From Lytechinus pictus (taxonomy: Eukaryota), in NCBI RefSeq assembly GCF_037042905.1, contig NC_087250.1, forward strand, positions 6,698,001-6,762,000: DNA of 64,000 nucleotides. Direction: 5' to 3'. The position numbers and the translations under genes were made by a program. The notes under the pieces are model-generated. The model saw only the letters and a program-made list of their open reading frames with translations, did not search any database and was not told where the DNA came from. This document shows, one piece after another, positions 13,901 through 27,992 of the stretch (position 1 is the first letter of the stretch; each line of letters opens with the position of its first letter).

Positions 13901-16201
13901 ACCGTTACCGATAAAGAGAGAGAGAGGGGGGGGGAGATGTTAGATGTAATGTAAAATGACAGGTACTGAGAAGAAAAAATCAGAAAGAAAGTACTGAGGG
14001 GGGGGGGTGGGGGCGGGTATATACCTCGTAATCCAAATCGGGAAGAAAGAAGACGATGTACAGATATAATTCAAATGAGAAGAACTCAGAGAAAAATGTG
14101 TAGAAGGGAGGGGATATAGAAAGACGATAGATATAAGGGAATGAAAGCGGTAGATAATACATTCAGTTACAGGTTAGAAACCAGAGAAAGGGAAAATGAG
14201 GAAATCCCTAATTGGTACCGTTTTATAAATACATTATATATGCACATGTTATATTGAAAAATGCGCAACAATTTAAACAAATTTACCATCCGCCAGTCAA
14301 ATAGAATGATATAGCTTTCAAGTGTTATTGAAAATGTGTAAACGAATTTTATATAAAACGGGCCCCTGGAAAACCTTTGAACCCCCCCCCCCCCCCCGCT
14401 TTCTCTCGTTCTCTCATCCGATATTGCTCTTATTTTTGTCTTCTATTTCAAAGGAAACAAACAGAAAATAAAGGAATTAAGAACACCGTTTATCCTCTGC
14501 TCTTTTAAAAATGATCAAAAGAAAGTCATGGCGGACGCTCAAACAAATTCCTTATAAAAAAAGAGCAGGGGACTAATAGCCAACGCCCTGAATAAAAGGA
14601 AGATTAGTGTATTTCGTCAAGATGACCTAGTAAATGCTTCTCGTATTTAGCGATACAAAAAGCTCTTAGGAATACTGCTTTTCATATTACGACAGTAACA
14701 ATAAAAAGTAAATGTTTACTTATTTAAAACATGCAGGCGCTTAACCCTAAATCTCCCGGGGTATTTTGATTCTTGTCATTCCCGGGGGGGGGCATTATGG
14801 CCCCCGCCCCTTAAGATCTTGGCCGCCGATCGCGCGAGCGACGCAAAAATTTGCACGCTTGTAGTGTGCGATGTAATCTACACTAATTTGGTCTCAAAAT
14901 TTGCGCGAGACTTGAAAGTAAAAAGTCAGTGAGCGGCGAGGTCAAAAAATTTCGCGCAGCAGATATATCGCAAAAATTGTCGATAATCGAGGGGTTGAGC
15001 TGAATGTGGGAGGGAGTGATCCGGCCCCTAAAAATCACAAATTTATGGAATTCGCGTTTTTGTATACGTTTGCTGAATGGAGGGGGGTGGAATGACGCCT
15101 CATACCGACTCCAACGCATCTGTATTTAATTGAACGAGTACAAAGATAGAGAAAAAAACGAGATACAAATCTTTCATGGCTTATTTATTACTTTTGTTTT
15201 CGGTTGTGAACAAAATCCAGAACGGTTAAAAAATGAATAAAATGAAAAAACAAAATAAAACACTTAGATGCTAAAATTTCAATAGATAAAAATAATTTAC
15301 TTTCTCTCATTGTGACGAACAGTAATCGGTAGCATGGTTATTTTGGAGGAAAAAGGGAGATAGAAAAATGAAACGTAGAACGAGACGAGGAGAGCGTTGG
15401 GAGGTATGATTTCAGATTTGAGTCACATTTACCCCCTTCGCTCTTTGAAATTGCAACAGGAAAACAAATCGAACACTGGTATGCAATCTTCAGAAACAAA
15501 ATTATTTTTTATTACAAACTGTAATTTATGAAAAGAAGAAACCAAAGGCGATTTTTAGTGAAACATTGAGGCCACCGTCTTGAAGCCCAGAAGCCAAAAA
15601 TCACAAAATAGTTTCGGACTTTCGTTGCGCAGCATCATCATCGTACTTGCAAGGGAATATATTCTTTATATTCTTTATATTTGTTATTCATTCTGGAAAA
15701 TAAAGGTATTTGGTATGCTGTGATTTCACCCAAAACGGATTATCGTCGTAATTATACACTTTGCAAATGATTTGAATACAAGGGGGTAAAGAGACCATTC
15801 ATGAGTAGCGTTACAATAGGCAATGAAAAAAGCACTAGAGCAGACAACAAAGCGGTATCGATCGAACCCGACATGTCCGCGCGTGCTGATTGCCCTTACG
15901 CATTTTTGTACACAGTGCCTATGGACTTGGGAAAAAGCGAAGATTTGACAAAATAACACGACTTTTTCCTCGTAAATTTCTTAACTATTCTGTTGATTTG
16001 AGAGGCGAGACCTTTAATTCTAGAAAGAAAAATGTCTGATCTTTCATCTTTACATTTACTAAAAATCCTGAAAATACTTCAGTTTGGCGCAATTAGCAAT
16101 AGATTAGGAAAACACCGCCACAGATCAAAATACCAGCAATGTAAAAAAACGGCTCCGCCGCAGGGAGAGGTATCCGGTTTCGCGGGCCCGCACGCAAAGG
16201 G
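10963..16201. mobile_element. Non-autonomous piggyBac-type element (5.2 kb)
   Basis: TTAA TSDs (10959-10962, 16202-16205). Perfect 13-bp TIR CCCTTTGCGTGCG. Subterminal repeat CGACGGGCTTCYACAGAAGCC twice. Internal diverged direct duplication. No transposase ORF. Confidence 0.85.
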
Positions 16202-17912
16202 TTAATGTTTGGACCTCATTGGTACTAGGAGTGGCTACGACCAGATATAGATCTTACACTGTATCAAACTTGCATTAACCTTCTCAATTTCTCCATGTCA
16301 CGCACTTAATTTACTCATAATAGTACATCAACCTAACAGTGGCAAACGTTTGTTTACATTCTTTCATTTATGTGCATTTCGTTCGCGTGCCGTAATCTAC
16401 ATTACATAATAACAATTGGAATTTGCGAATCAAAATTGCGTCGGCCGCCGAAATGTAATGTACATCGGCCTAATGTAATGTACACACATTGAGTTATCTA
16501 TCATGGTTCTGTGCTTATTGAATGCACTTATACATAGATAATCTTATCATTGAACTTTAATTATCCTTAATTATCACTACATTAGATCGTTACATACCTC
16601 CTTTCTGCCTTCTTATGTGTATATATTCATAATACACATCGATGTCTCCAAAATAGACAGATTTCATCAACTAAGTCAACTGGAATTCGAAAATGGTGCC
16701 ATTTCCTGCTAGCAAAATTAGTAGCCTGAAGATGGCGCTATATAACTAAATTTCAACCAATCAAAATAATCGTTAAAAAAAATCAATCACTGAAACAGAC
16801 ACAGTGTGGTATCACAACCTGATATGGAATTATCTGTGCAAAGCTAGCTTTTTTTCTACAAACTTCAATGCCATACCTTTAATGTCAATTACTTTTCCAT
16901 CAGTATGCAAAAGACTTGTAAACCCAAAAAGGAACACTGGTAAAACAGAAATGTCAGTGTCATCAGAGAAAAATTATATAAGCTTCTACTGCCATTACAT
17001 CTTCAGAAGACAGCTGATAGTACATGGAAGAGGTCACTGGGCCTACCCGTACTTGTTCATGACACAGTGGTTGTTCCCAAGAAATTAAACGAACTTCCTT
17101 GTCAATACAAGTCAGTGTCACCCTGTTCTATAGCTTTTAAGAAGTAATGCAGTTGCTGGTCACCCGTCGAATCATATATTTCATAGTTCATACTGCAAGT
17201 GTGAATCGAAGCAACACAGCTCTGGCAAAGGCATGTAGTTGGGATTGTTGGTGAAGGGGAATCATATGAGCATCTGGTCGAGTATGGTACAGAGGGTACT
17301 TGTGAGAGGAATATAACAAGATATGGTGTAAAATTGGTGTAGATTATTTGGAATCACACGAAATGATTTGATACAAAATGATAAGTTTTGTTTAAAGTCC
17401 TGTTTAACTCGCGCGATCATCAACCTTTCGTGCATGCGTGTAAATGACCTAAAGGTCACCGTTACATGTTCCTCATTTTTTCGAACATTTAAATGTAAAT
17501 TTTATTTTACATAAGCTTTAATTTGATACCAAACACGATGTGTTTATTTGTACACTAGCTGAGTCATAATTAAGAAGTTGATCTCCGTGAAAAGGATGGT
17601 GAGGTTTATAGAGTCAGAAAATGATGTTGCCCAATGTTGCCAAAGTAGCCTTCTTCAGATTCTTAATCTGCACATCCTAAACATATCTTTCAGCAAAAAT
17701 AGAACTACATAAATAATGCCCAACTTATTTGTATTCCAAACATGATTTATATTCAACATTGTTGCATTACTTACATTTGTGACCCAATTTGACGTTTTAT
17801 GACCTTAGATGACCTTTAATAACCCTGGACACATTTTAAATACATAGCGATTCATATAAGGATCCTATGTGGATTTTATTTTGCATTTTGTTTGATGTGA
17901 TTTCAAACATAA

Positions 17913-20818
17913 TGGCCCGTATTTTGATAGCGTGGTTTAACTTAACCCTAGTCTAAGTGTGGTAATAAACTGCCATATTTAAACCTAGGTTTAAGTTTCG
18001 TATTCCGATAGCAAGGTTTAAGTTAACCCTGGTCTAAGTGTGGTAATAAATCCTCAAAAAGTTAAACTCGCGCAGGGGGTAGTTTAAGCCTGGTTTAAAT
18101 CCAACAAATCATGGCCAACAATTTTTTAGAATTTATGCCTATATTGCATTTCGAGCTACTTCCTCAGTTTTTAACCGATTTTCATGAAATTTGGAACACA
18201 CATTGGTCTCAAGGTAAGGAGGTGTAAGATTTTTTTCCCTTTTTCGGAAATTGTGTTGCCATGGTAACAGTATATTATGGTTCAAAATTTTGCCGTTTAA
18301 AATACTTCATCAGTTTTCTACCAATTCTCAAGAAAGTTGGCTAACACATTGGGTTTGAGGTAAAGATGTGCAAGACACATTTTTGCATGTGTCGGAAATT
18401 GTGTTGCCATGGTAACAGTATATTATGGCAAAAACTATGTATAAATCTTGCTGTTCCAACTACTTCCTCAGTTTTTAACCAATTCTCATGAAATGTGGTA
18501 CAAACATTAGTCTTGATGTGAAGATGTGCAAAAAATATTTTGTCTTTATAAAAAAAATCATGTTGCCATGGTAACAAATCAAATATCACAAATTAGATGA
18601 AAATCTTGTGATTTGAACTACTTTATCAGTTTCCAACTGGTCAATTCTCTAAAAAATTTGGCACATACATTAATGTTGAGGTGAAGATGTCCAAGACATA
18701 TTTTTGCCTGTATCAGAAATCGTGTTACCAAGTTAACAACATATTACATAATGAAATTAGGTGAAAATCTTGCGGTTTGAACTCCTTCATTAGTTTTCAA
18801 CTAATTCTTATTGGTTTTGAGGTATAGATCTGCAAGACATATATTTGTGTGTGTTGGAAACTTTGTTGCCATGGTAACATCATATTAAATCAATAAATGT
18901 GTAAACACATCTCGTGGATTGAACTTCTTCATTTTATGACATAGGCCTATGCTCATGAAACTTAGAACACATAGGTTTTGAGGTAAAATAATCTGCAAGA
19001 CACACATTCTCATTCATCAAAATATGTTTGTATGGTAACTACACACACCAAAATAAGATTAAGACAATGGTCAATGCTAACTGTTGTTTGGCTACATAGA
19101 GAACTACATGTAGCTGTAGGCTTAGTTTTAGTTTTAAGGGGGTGCTAGACCTCTAAATATCGAACTACAGTCCCTAGCTTTAGATCTAGGCCTAGATCTA
19201 GATTCTTTAGATATAGTAGTAATCCAACGTTAGATCTCCAGCCTACTTCCTTTTTCAGGCCTTACGTTAGATGAGTAGATCTACTGTAGACTAGCTTACA
19301 TTTACTATTTTTCGATTTAGAATCTAAATTGAGAGTCTACAAATCTCTAGATCTAGACCTATTACATGTATTGTATACCTAGATTGATACAGATCTAGTT
19401 CTAGACCTAGATAGGGTCTTACTTTTAGTCTAAATTATTTAGTCTAGAACTAGGCCAGCGTTAGAGATTCTAGATCATACAGTAAGTCAGTAGACTAGAT
19501 AGCACAGACTAACGTTAGGCCTAGATCTAAATTCTAACATAAATCTAGGCCTGGCCTAGTCTAGTCAAGACTAAGCTGTTGTTGGTCTAGGTTTAGGCCT
19601 GTTTTTTAGTCCTGGACCTGGAAACCTAAACAAGTCCCCAAAAATATTTAAATAAAATAAAAACTTCAAAGAAACAGATATGGACCTATAACAGGAGTAT
19701 AGAGAGATGTCTAGGAGTACTAATTCTAAATTTAGCCAGGCCTAGTTACTTGGCAAGCAATGCATAGCGATAGTCAGATCTAACACTGTAGACAAGAATA
19801 ACCCTCGTTTCTGGGGATTTATCAAAAAAATTATGATATTTTACTGTCATACCTTGGTGAGAGAGGCCCACGTAGACTGTCATACTCATCATAGTTCAGC
19901 GGAACGATACAGAGACTGAAGCTTTTTGTCTAAGGCAAATCAGATCTAGGGCCTATTCTACTAGATTCTAACTAAGACTAAGGATAGCATATATATTTAT
20001 ATCTATCCCTGTCCCAAGGCTAAGCCAGTCTAAAGTCCTGAATGATGTTCTAGACCAATACTATAAATATGTAGCCTCAGTCTCGCTTGCTCCACTAGAC
20101 TACGGTTTGCTTCAGGAAAGTAAAAAAAAGTCAAAACAATGTTCAATTATCCTCCAAACGATTGGGCCTAAGCTAGATCTAACTATAGCCTAGGCCTAAT
20201 GTTAGACCCAAGACTACTCTCAAAAGTTAAAAAAAATTTTCCCTTACTTAAAGTTAGAATAAAGATGTCGACCTCTTTACTTATTGTTTTAGATCTAGGA
20301 CTAGAGTCTAGACTCTAGTCTAGAGTGTGTGAGGTGAATCTATTCAATTTAGATTTTGACAAACATGAAAAGCAATCGATGGGACTGATACACAAAAAAA
20401 CTATGCAGGTCACTCGGTTTGGGATTTAAATGTTTCAGTAATTAACAAATCTAAAGATCATCTGAATGAAAATTTCTTACCATATATGGGTGATGAATGC
20501 TTTTCTTTCACTACAATAGTTGTAATTAGTTTCCATAAAATCCAAATTTTTAAGAAAAAACAACTTTAGTGACATTTTTTCAACTTTGTTGCAGTCATCC
20601 CTGCAGCAGTAATTTACCTAAAAAGTGCTAGTCTTGGTTAAAGAGGATTATTATTTCCAAAAAGAATTTTAAACCCGGGTTTAACCCAGGTTTAGTTAAA
20701 CCTGGCTATCAGAATACCAAAATAATTAAACTACACTTAGACCAGAGGTGAGGTTTAGTTAAACCAGGGTTAACTTTAGACTAGGGTTAAGTTAAACCTG
20801 CTATCAGAATACGGGCCA
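17913..20818. mobile_element. Harbinger-like non-autonomous element (~2.9 kb)
   Basis: TIR TGGCCCGTATT(T/C)TGATAGC...GGTTTAACTTAACCCTAGTCTAA inverted at both ends, with repeated subterminal units. TSD ambiguous (TAA/TTA). Confidence 0.7.
18150..19050. repeat. Degenerate ~150-bp tandem array containing GTTGCCATGGTAAC
   Basis: Motif at 18255, 18403, 18562 and 18865 (variants near 18723 and 19030), with the recurring unit ...aagatgtgcaagacacattttt... Confidence 0.8.
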
Positions 20819-21919
20819 TTATGTTTATTCCGTTAAAAAAGTCACATTTAAGAGGAATGTAACTGAAAGTTGGTGTGGTTTACGACGTCAAAACAATAAC
20901 ATTCCTCAAGATGCCACGGTAGCAAACATCGGATTCTTAATATGCACACTCTTAAAGTTAACCTTTGCAAAAATACATATAACACTTAACTTATTTGTAT
21001 TTAAAGCATAGCATGCTCTGCATTATATGTCTTACTCACATATGTAAGACAATTTGACCTAATACGAACCTAAATGAGCTTTAACTAACATTTGCTTGAT
21101 TTAAATGCCCCATAATCTAAATATTTGCATTTGATTTATCATTAGCTTTAATTTGATACCAAACATGACGTGTTAATTCCGTAAAATATGAAAATCATAT
21201 CTAAGATGTATGTGAAAAAGTGGGCGTGGCTCATGACGTCAATAAAAAAAAACCAAAGGATGCCCAAGTGGCACCCGTCGGATTCTTAGAGTACACACCC
21301 TTTACTACAACTTCCAGCCAAAAAATTGCAGTTATATCCAACTTGACGGTTATGTTGGGGTTCTACTTGACTATTTTGTTTACCGTGTCCACAAATAGGG
21401 TATTTTGACGCTATAACAGACCAGACTACATATTCTACCTTCATTTGGTCTAATGCCATTCCGTCCATCAACATTTCGTCTAACAACCGTTTGGTCGAAA
21501 AAGAAAAAAACATTTTATCCAATCATCATTTCGTCTAATCACCAGATTGTCTATTACCTTTTGCAAAAGTAACCAGTTGGTCTAATGCCCATTTTCCTTA
21601 CATTCATTTTGCACAATTAACACTTTTAGTTTAATTACACTAAATGGTATATGGATTAAATAGCTTTTGGACTAACTGGTTAAGAGATGGAATGGCATGA
21701 TACTAAATGAACGTAGACCATGTGGTGTATGAAAGAACTGACGGTAGACCAAATGATAGTAGACGAGATGGCAGTTGGACGAATTGGCATTAGACGAATT
21801 GAAAATAAACCAAATCAAATATGATTTATGAATAATTAAAGGAAAAAATATATTGATTATGAACATATGGCCTTATTATATATCAATGGAAATTGGGTAA
21901 TGACTTTTGGAGTATCATT

Positions 21920-22342
21920 GGTTACACTTCGTAATTCCGAAGGTTCGTAATTGCGAAGTTTCTTTATTCCGAAGGTTCGTATTCAGAAACACGTAAATTG
22001 CCTATACCTCGATGTTTGTTAATCCGAAAACGTAAAAGGGTTCGTTAATCCGAACATTTGTGGCGTTATTCCGAAGGTTCGATGATCCAAAAACTAAATA
22101 AGGTTCGATGTTCCGAAGGTTCGTTAGTCCGAAAACGAAATAAGGTTCGTTAATCATTTTGTTTTCGGACTAACGTACCTTCGGAATTACGAACCTCATT
22201 TCGTTTTCGGATTAACGAACCTTCAGAATTACGAACCTCACTTCGTTTTCGGACAAACGAACCTTCGGAATTACGAACCTCATTTCGTTTTCGGACTAAC
22301 GAACCTTCGGAATAACGAAGCTTCGGAATGACGAATGTATGT
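21920..22342. mobile_element. Mutator/foldback-like MITE made of TTCGTAATTCCGAAGG subrepeats
   Basis: The left half has tandem TTCGxxATTCCGAAGG units and the right half their reverse complements (39-bp period at 22160-22320). Flanked by (a/g)GTATCATT direct repeats. Confidence 0.75.
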
Positions 22343-23842
22343 GGTATCATTAGACCATTTGGCAATGTCGAAAATAAAACATAACGCATTGTTCACACAG
22401 AGCCGAGTTGGGTGTACAAGTTTGTGCGAGTTGTGGCGAGTTGATTTTTTAGGCTCCTTGTGGTAACTCTTCATTCAACTCTTGATAACTCTCCGTTACT
22501 CGCAGCAACTCGGCACAGCTCTTTACAACTCTTGGCAGCTCGACGCAACTGGAGTGATGTCGCAGTAAGCTCGTGCAATTTTTTAAAATTTCAAAATTTT
22601 GTCAAGCTCTCGAGAACTCTTGAAAGACTCGATCAAACTCGGAACAACTCGTGAGAAACTCTTCACAAACTCTTGGCAACTCGTGAAAAATCTAAGAAAT
22701 TGGCATAAATTACCATACCATACACGAGTTCCCGCGATTCTAATACGACCAGCTGCGAGTTCTACAAGAGCTTGCCGAGTCACTTGGGAGCAAACCACGA
22801 GGTTTGCAAGAATTTAGCGAGTTATGAAGAGTGTGTATAATTTTGGTTTCTATCAAGTGGTCCCTGAACATCTTGTGTGAGGTCAAAGGTCATTTAGGAT
22901 CAACGAACTTTGATAATGTTGGGTGTATTTGTAGAATTTTCATCATAACTGTAAAAGTTTATGAATCTACTTCATGAAACTTGGATATAAGATCAACAGT
23001 GTATCCCTTAATATCATCTGCCCGTTTCGGGTCACATGACCAAGATCAAAACTGTGTCCGTGTTGGGGTGATTTCTCTAATTGGCACCGTAACTTAGAAC
23101 GTTTATGGATCTAGTTCATTTGACATAAGGGTATTCAAGTATGAATGATGATATGTACACGTCTTAAGTCACATGATCATGGTCATTTTGGGTCAATGAA
23201 TATATTTTTTTATCATGATGATTTTTGTGAATATTTATTCAATAATTAAAGTGCTTTCAAAGTCAACACTGTTGCTATATCGAATCGCGTAATGCAGACA
23301 AGACTGCCAGAGGCGTATATGTTGTTGTTTTTTTAGCTGAAGAAAGTTTGAAATTATTTCCAACCTTATTCAAATGGCTGCACTTAGTCATTGTTTGAAT
23401 ATTGCACTTATCAAAATCTGTCCCATAGTGCTTTACAACAAAAAAAAAGGTTTTAATTTCAAGTATATCATTCATCATTCTATCACAAACGGCAGTCTAT
23501 CTTTTTGTGTTACTTTTGACTTTATTGTTCTTTATAGAATTCTGGATGCAATTTTTTACTTCAATAATGGCCGTGGTTTCAATTATTAATTACTGCAAAC
23601 GTAAAAACAGACTATCAAGCTTTAAGATATAAAAGCACATGTTTCTATTAAAAAAAAATTACCAAAATAAAAGAGTAACATTTACTCTTTTTTCTATGGT
23701 ACAAAAAAAAAAAAAATTTTACTTGAGGACAAACATGATAAAGTGGTTTTAAAAAGTCTTTGAGAAATAAAGTCTCACAATTCACCAGATTCTGCAGGGA
23801 GATGAATTCAGCTACGAGAGCATTTGGATAAATCTTGCTCGT

Positions 23843-25661
23843 TAGTCCAGGATAGGCCCATAGCAAGTGGATTCATTTTTTTTTCATATATACAATATTT
23901 TATGATGGTTTCTTGTCAATTTGAGGGTGCTGATTACGAATCTGAATGATGCCACTCATGTAACCTTTGTCATTTTCCGCACATAGGCTTATGGCCGCCA
24001 AAATATGCAAATTACCCATGACAATCATACAATTGCCAGCACACTGGCTATATATAAAATCAATGTAATGTGTTGCACGAGTAAAATACTTGTTGATAAG
24101 TGACTTTTGTCGAAAATTATATTTTCTTGATATTCAAAATCGACGCCAATACTCTACATTGTACAATTATAATAATAATAATAATAATATATGTGATTTG
24201 TAATGCGCCAAATCCACTCGGCAGAGTGCCCAAGGCGCAGTGAAAGAAGAAAGAAAGAACGAAAGAGAACAGGTACAAATTATAATAGTAATAGATTCAG
24301 GAACAATTAAGAGTAAGAGGCATTGAATAGACGAGTCTTAAGGTAACGTTTAAATGTATCAATGGACGTGCATTCACGGATTGTCAGGGGAAGATCATTC
24401 CATAGAACAGGGCCAGCGTGAGCAAAAGCCCGAACCCCCCATGTCTTAACTGATTTAGGAATAACTAGGGAACCAGAGTTTGATTAACGTAGGGACCTGA
24501 CTGGAGTGTATTTGTATTTGCAAAATTCCCGCAAAACGACTGAGTAGTATTATGTACAGTGTTAATGGGACAAAAAAATTACAAGAGTTATCACTAAAAT
24601 GCATACTATTAGGTTAAATGAGTGGAATACTGACTAAAACATAATTTTTAACAAAATATACTGTTTAATATGTACATGTATGTACGTGATAAATGCTGTA
24701 TTTTGAAATTAAAAATGGCCGCCACAGGTCCTATGTGTATTATGTACAATGCGGATGGAGAAACTATTCTTTACAAGATTAAACCATAAAATATGTGTAA
24801 TTGTGATCTATGAGTAAAATGTTGTCTGAAAACACGTTTATAGCGAACATGTCATATCTTTTGTCATGCATGATATAAATGCTGAATTGTGAAATTCAAA
24901 ATGGCCCCTATAGGCGCTAAAAGAATTATCTACGATGTAAATAGGGACAGATAGTTTTGTAAAAAAAATTGATTTGCTTGTCTATGAAATCCATATAATT
25001 TTGTTAGATGAATAAAGTGTTGTTTGAAAACATGATTTGTATGAAACATAGCGTTTCCTTTGCCATATGTGATGGATACTGTATTTTGACATTCAAACTA
25101 GCCACTACAACCCCTAACTGAATTATGTAACATGCTGTAGGGAAACTAATTTTCACAAGAATGGGCGGAGCCATAAAATACATATAACTGTGATGTATAA
25201 GCAAAATATTACACGATCTATAACTAAATACATCGCATATGGGCAAAGGGCGACCATTCTAAAATTAGACAAATAACTTTTATCACCTAAATGATATATT
25301 TCATTAGAAATCATGTTTTCAGACAATATTTTACTCATACACCACCATTTACTCAAAAAAAGGATAATTCTATTGGAATTATTTGTCCCCATTCAATACC
25401 GTTACGGCCTTTTGCGGCCATTTTGACTTTCAAAATACAGTACTTATCACCAACCTAGCAGAAGAAGGGCAATCTTGTGATTTTCATGGGTAATTTGCAT
25501 ATTTTGGCGGCCATATTGGATTTTGACAATTTGCGGAAAATGCTCTAGGTTACATGAGTGACATCATTCAGATTCCTAATCAGCATCCTCAAATTGATAA
25601 GAAACCATAACAAAATATTATATATATGAAAAAAAGGGTTATGCCTCTTTTACATGGACTA
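23843..25661. mobile_element. Academ-like non-autonomous element
   Basis: TAGTCCA...TGGACTA termini. Long imperfect subterminal inverted repeats (gagggtgctgatt..gaatctgaatgatgccactc). Same family as 43606-48047. TSD not preserved. Confidence 0.65.
24168..24515 (-). mobile_element. L2-clade LINE 3' end nested in the Academ-like element
   Basis: Minus strand KYTPVRSLR*SNSGSLVIPKSVKTWGVRAFAHAGPVLWNDLPLTIRECTSIDTFKRYLKTRLF, followed by a 3' UTR with GCGCCTTG...GCGCATTACAAAT and an (ATT)n tail. Confidence 0.85.
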
Positions 25662-25857
25662 GGAGGTCCATCTGGTCATCCATCTTGAAAAAAGCAGAAT
25701 GCACAAAAATGCCAACCTATCAAAGGCTGAATTACTCGTATGAGGATCTTGAAACAAATCTCAGTAAACTCTGCCAAACTCGAGAAAAGATCGCAATCAT
25801 TGACTCGAATTTGATGACGTGTGTGATGGTACCAGAGACGTGATAGGCTCTCCCATA

Positions 25858-25925
25858 CTCGGGGGGGGGGGAGGGGGGATACTTACATTGACGAGTGGAT
25901 ACCATGGGCGACCCCCCCCCCCCCC

Positions 25926-25958
<33 letters not shown>

Positions 25959-26573
25959 AAGGATGTCTTTCCAAGATAGGGCACGTTATGTACGTAACGT
26001 GATAAGGGTGTCAAAAACACAAAAATATTTAAAAAAAAGGGTATCTATCTCGCTCGGAAAAATATACGTGTTTAGGTATACGCGTTTAGGGTCAAATATG
26101 CGGGGATGAGAAAAGAAAATCAAAATGTTTTATAAAGGATGTCCTTTTTGCACCAACACTACGTGTTTAGTGTCTGATTTGCGCGAGGTGTGGAAGTTGG
26201 GGCCGTACTAAACCAAAATAATGTTGTCTAAAGGTAAAACCGACGACCGACGGACGCATGACATAACAATAAAATATATCTGTATATGTTTAGGGGTCCA
26301 TTTCAGGGAATACTTGCAAAGAATATCGTTTTGTTTCCAATACTTATTAAGGGGTGCATTTTCAGTTTCGGAATATGGAAAATGCATCGCTGTACTTGCC
26401 AACAGTATTTGTTTCCAGTACTCGCTAAGGGTAGGGTTTTACATGGCAACACTTGTTAAGGGCTGAATTTTCAGATCATGGAAAATACGTCCCTAGGGTG
26501 CTTTTCAAGACACCGTGGTCGCGCATGGTATCCACTCGTCAATGGAAGTGACCCCCCCCCCCCCCCCCCCGGG
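25858..26573. mobile_element. MITE with C/G-tract termini and 8-bp TSD
   Basis: TIR G-tract+CATTGACGAGTGGATACCATG / CATGGTATCCACTCGTCAATG+C-tract. TSD CTCCCATA. Empty-site paralog at ~48350. Confidence 0.85.
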
Positions 26574-27992
26574 CTCCCATATCAAGCCCCACTTGCGTGC
26601 AAAACCTATTGCGAAAGCCAGTGAACGTGCGATTTCTCAACACTTTCACTGAGTAGTTCGATCATAAAATGGAAGGGAACCCGGAAGTTACATCTAGATT
26701 TGGATTTCGAAACAAATGTTGTTCAAGAAGAAGATATTGAGGATTAAGATTCTAGCTCTAGTGAACGCCAAGCGACATGGAAGGAGGATAGTTAGGTGAA
26801 TTGTGTCGGTAATGGAGTGTGGAATGAAGTCCTGTCGTATCAAGTCAACTTGCATTCATTTGTACCTACATGGTGCACCACTTATGTCCAAGGACAAACA
26901 ATGAAAAATGTCCACGACAGAGTCACATTTTGTGTTTTCAAACACTGCCAACAGGACAAGTGCCAATGATTTTTTTTCTTTCCTTTTTAATGTAGCCCAC
27001 TTGCTTCAACGCAGCTTGTCGGTTGTGTAAGTATGCTTTGTTTGCTCAGACTATCTACATCAGAAGGTTACTGTAAATAACCCTATGAAAACAACATCTA
27101 AAAACACCTGTCCAGAAAATTATCTTTGGTCTAACTTAAAATGCCAGTGTGAACAAGAGGTGTGAGTTCTGACACGGGACTGCGGTGGCCTTGTCGCTAT
27201 CGAGGTGAAAAGTACTCAGGAGCGGTTATAGACCCCAAAAATTGGTAGGGCTTCTGGGGGCTTGAGCAATTTTCGACGTTGATACAATATACAATGGAGA
27301 TGGTCAATCGTTAACCCCATACCTGTACGTGGGAGACCATATTGATGTGACTAAGAAGGTAATCCCCGGCCTCCTGGCCCAAAAATATTTATAAATATCA
27401 AGCGGGGAAAGGGGGGCGTAGCGACCAAGAAAAGAAACACATATTTAAATGTACCACCCATTATTTACAATATCAGAAGGATTTCCCTCAATAAGTTGTA
27501 AATAATAATTATGTGTTTAGTATCGAAGAAGTATGGTTTCACTAACAAATGAAGGTCATTTGACAAGTAAATAAACACAATTCCTATAGAATGAATAGGA
27601 TCCTAAATGTGGGTTATCATTTTTTTTACTGGGCAGTCCAAGGAGGGAGGTGTTAATCATCTCACCCCCCCCCCCCCGCCATACTGTAGATGCTAAAGTA
27701 ACCTATCGTATGATTCTACTAAATGTTCTTCGCGACCTGTGCTTTAGACCCCAAATTATCTTTTTAACCAGCTTTTCCAAGATTCATATTTTAACAAAAC
27801 ATTTTCTAAGAACGTAGTTATATTTAGTTAGACTCGTAAATGCGGTTGGATTACCCCAATGGTAATAATAAAATTCATGAATTGTATATTATATACATAA
27901 CATATGGGGCAGCTGCTCGTTTATGACCTCAAAAATCTAAATTTAAAACTTTAATAACTTTATAATTTCTGAAGGTTTCCATGGCGAAGAAG

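Noticed and set aside
16640..17340. Possible decayed transposase sequence
   Set aside because: No continuous frame or diagnostic motif; left boundary of the host element not identifiable.
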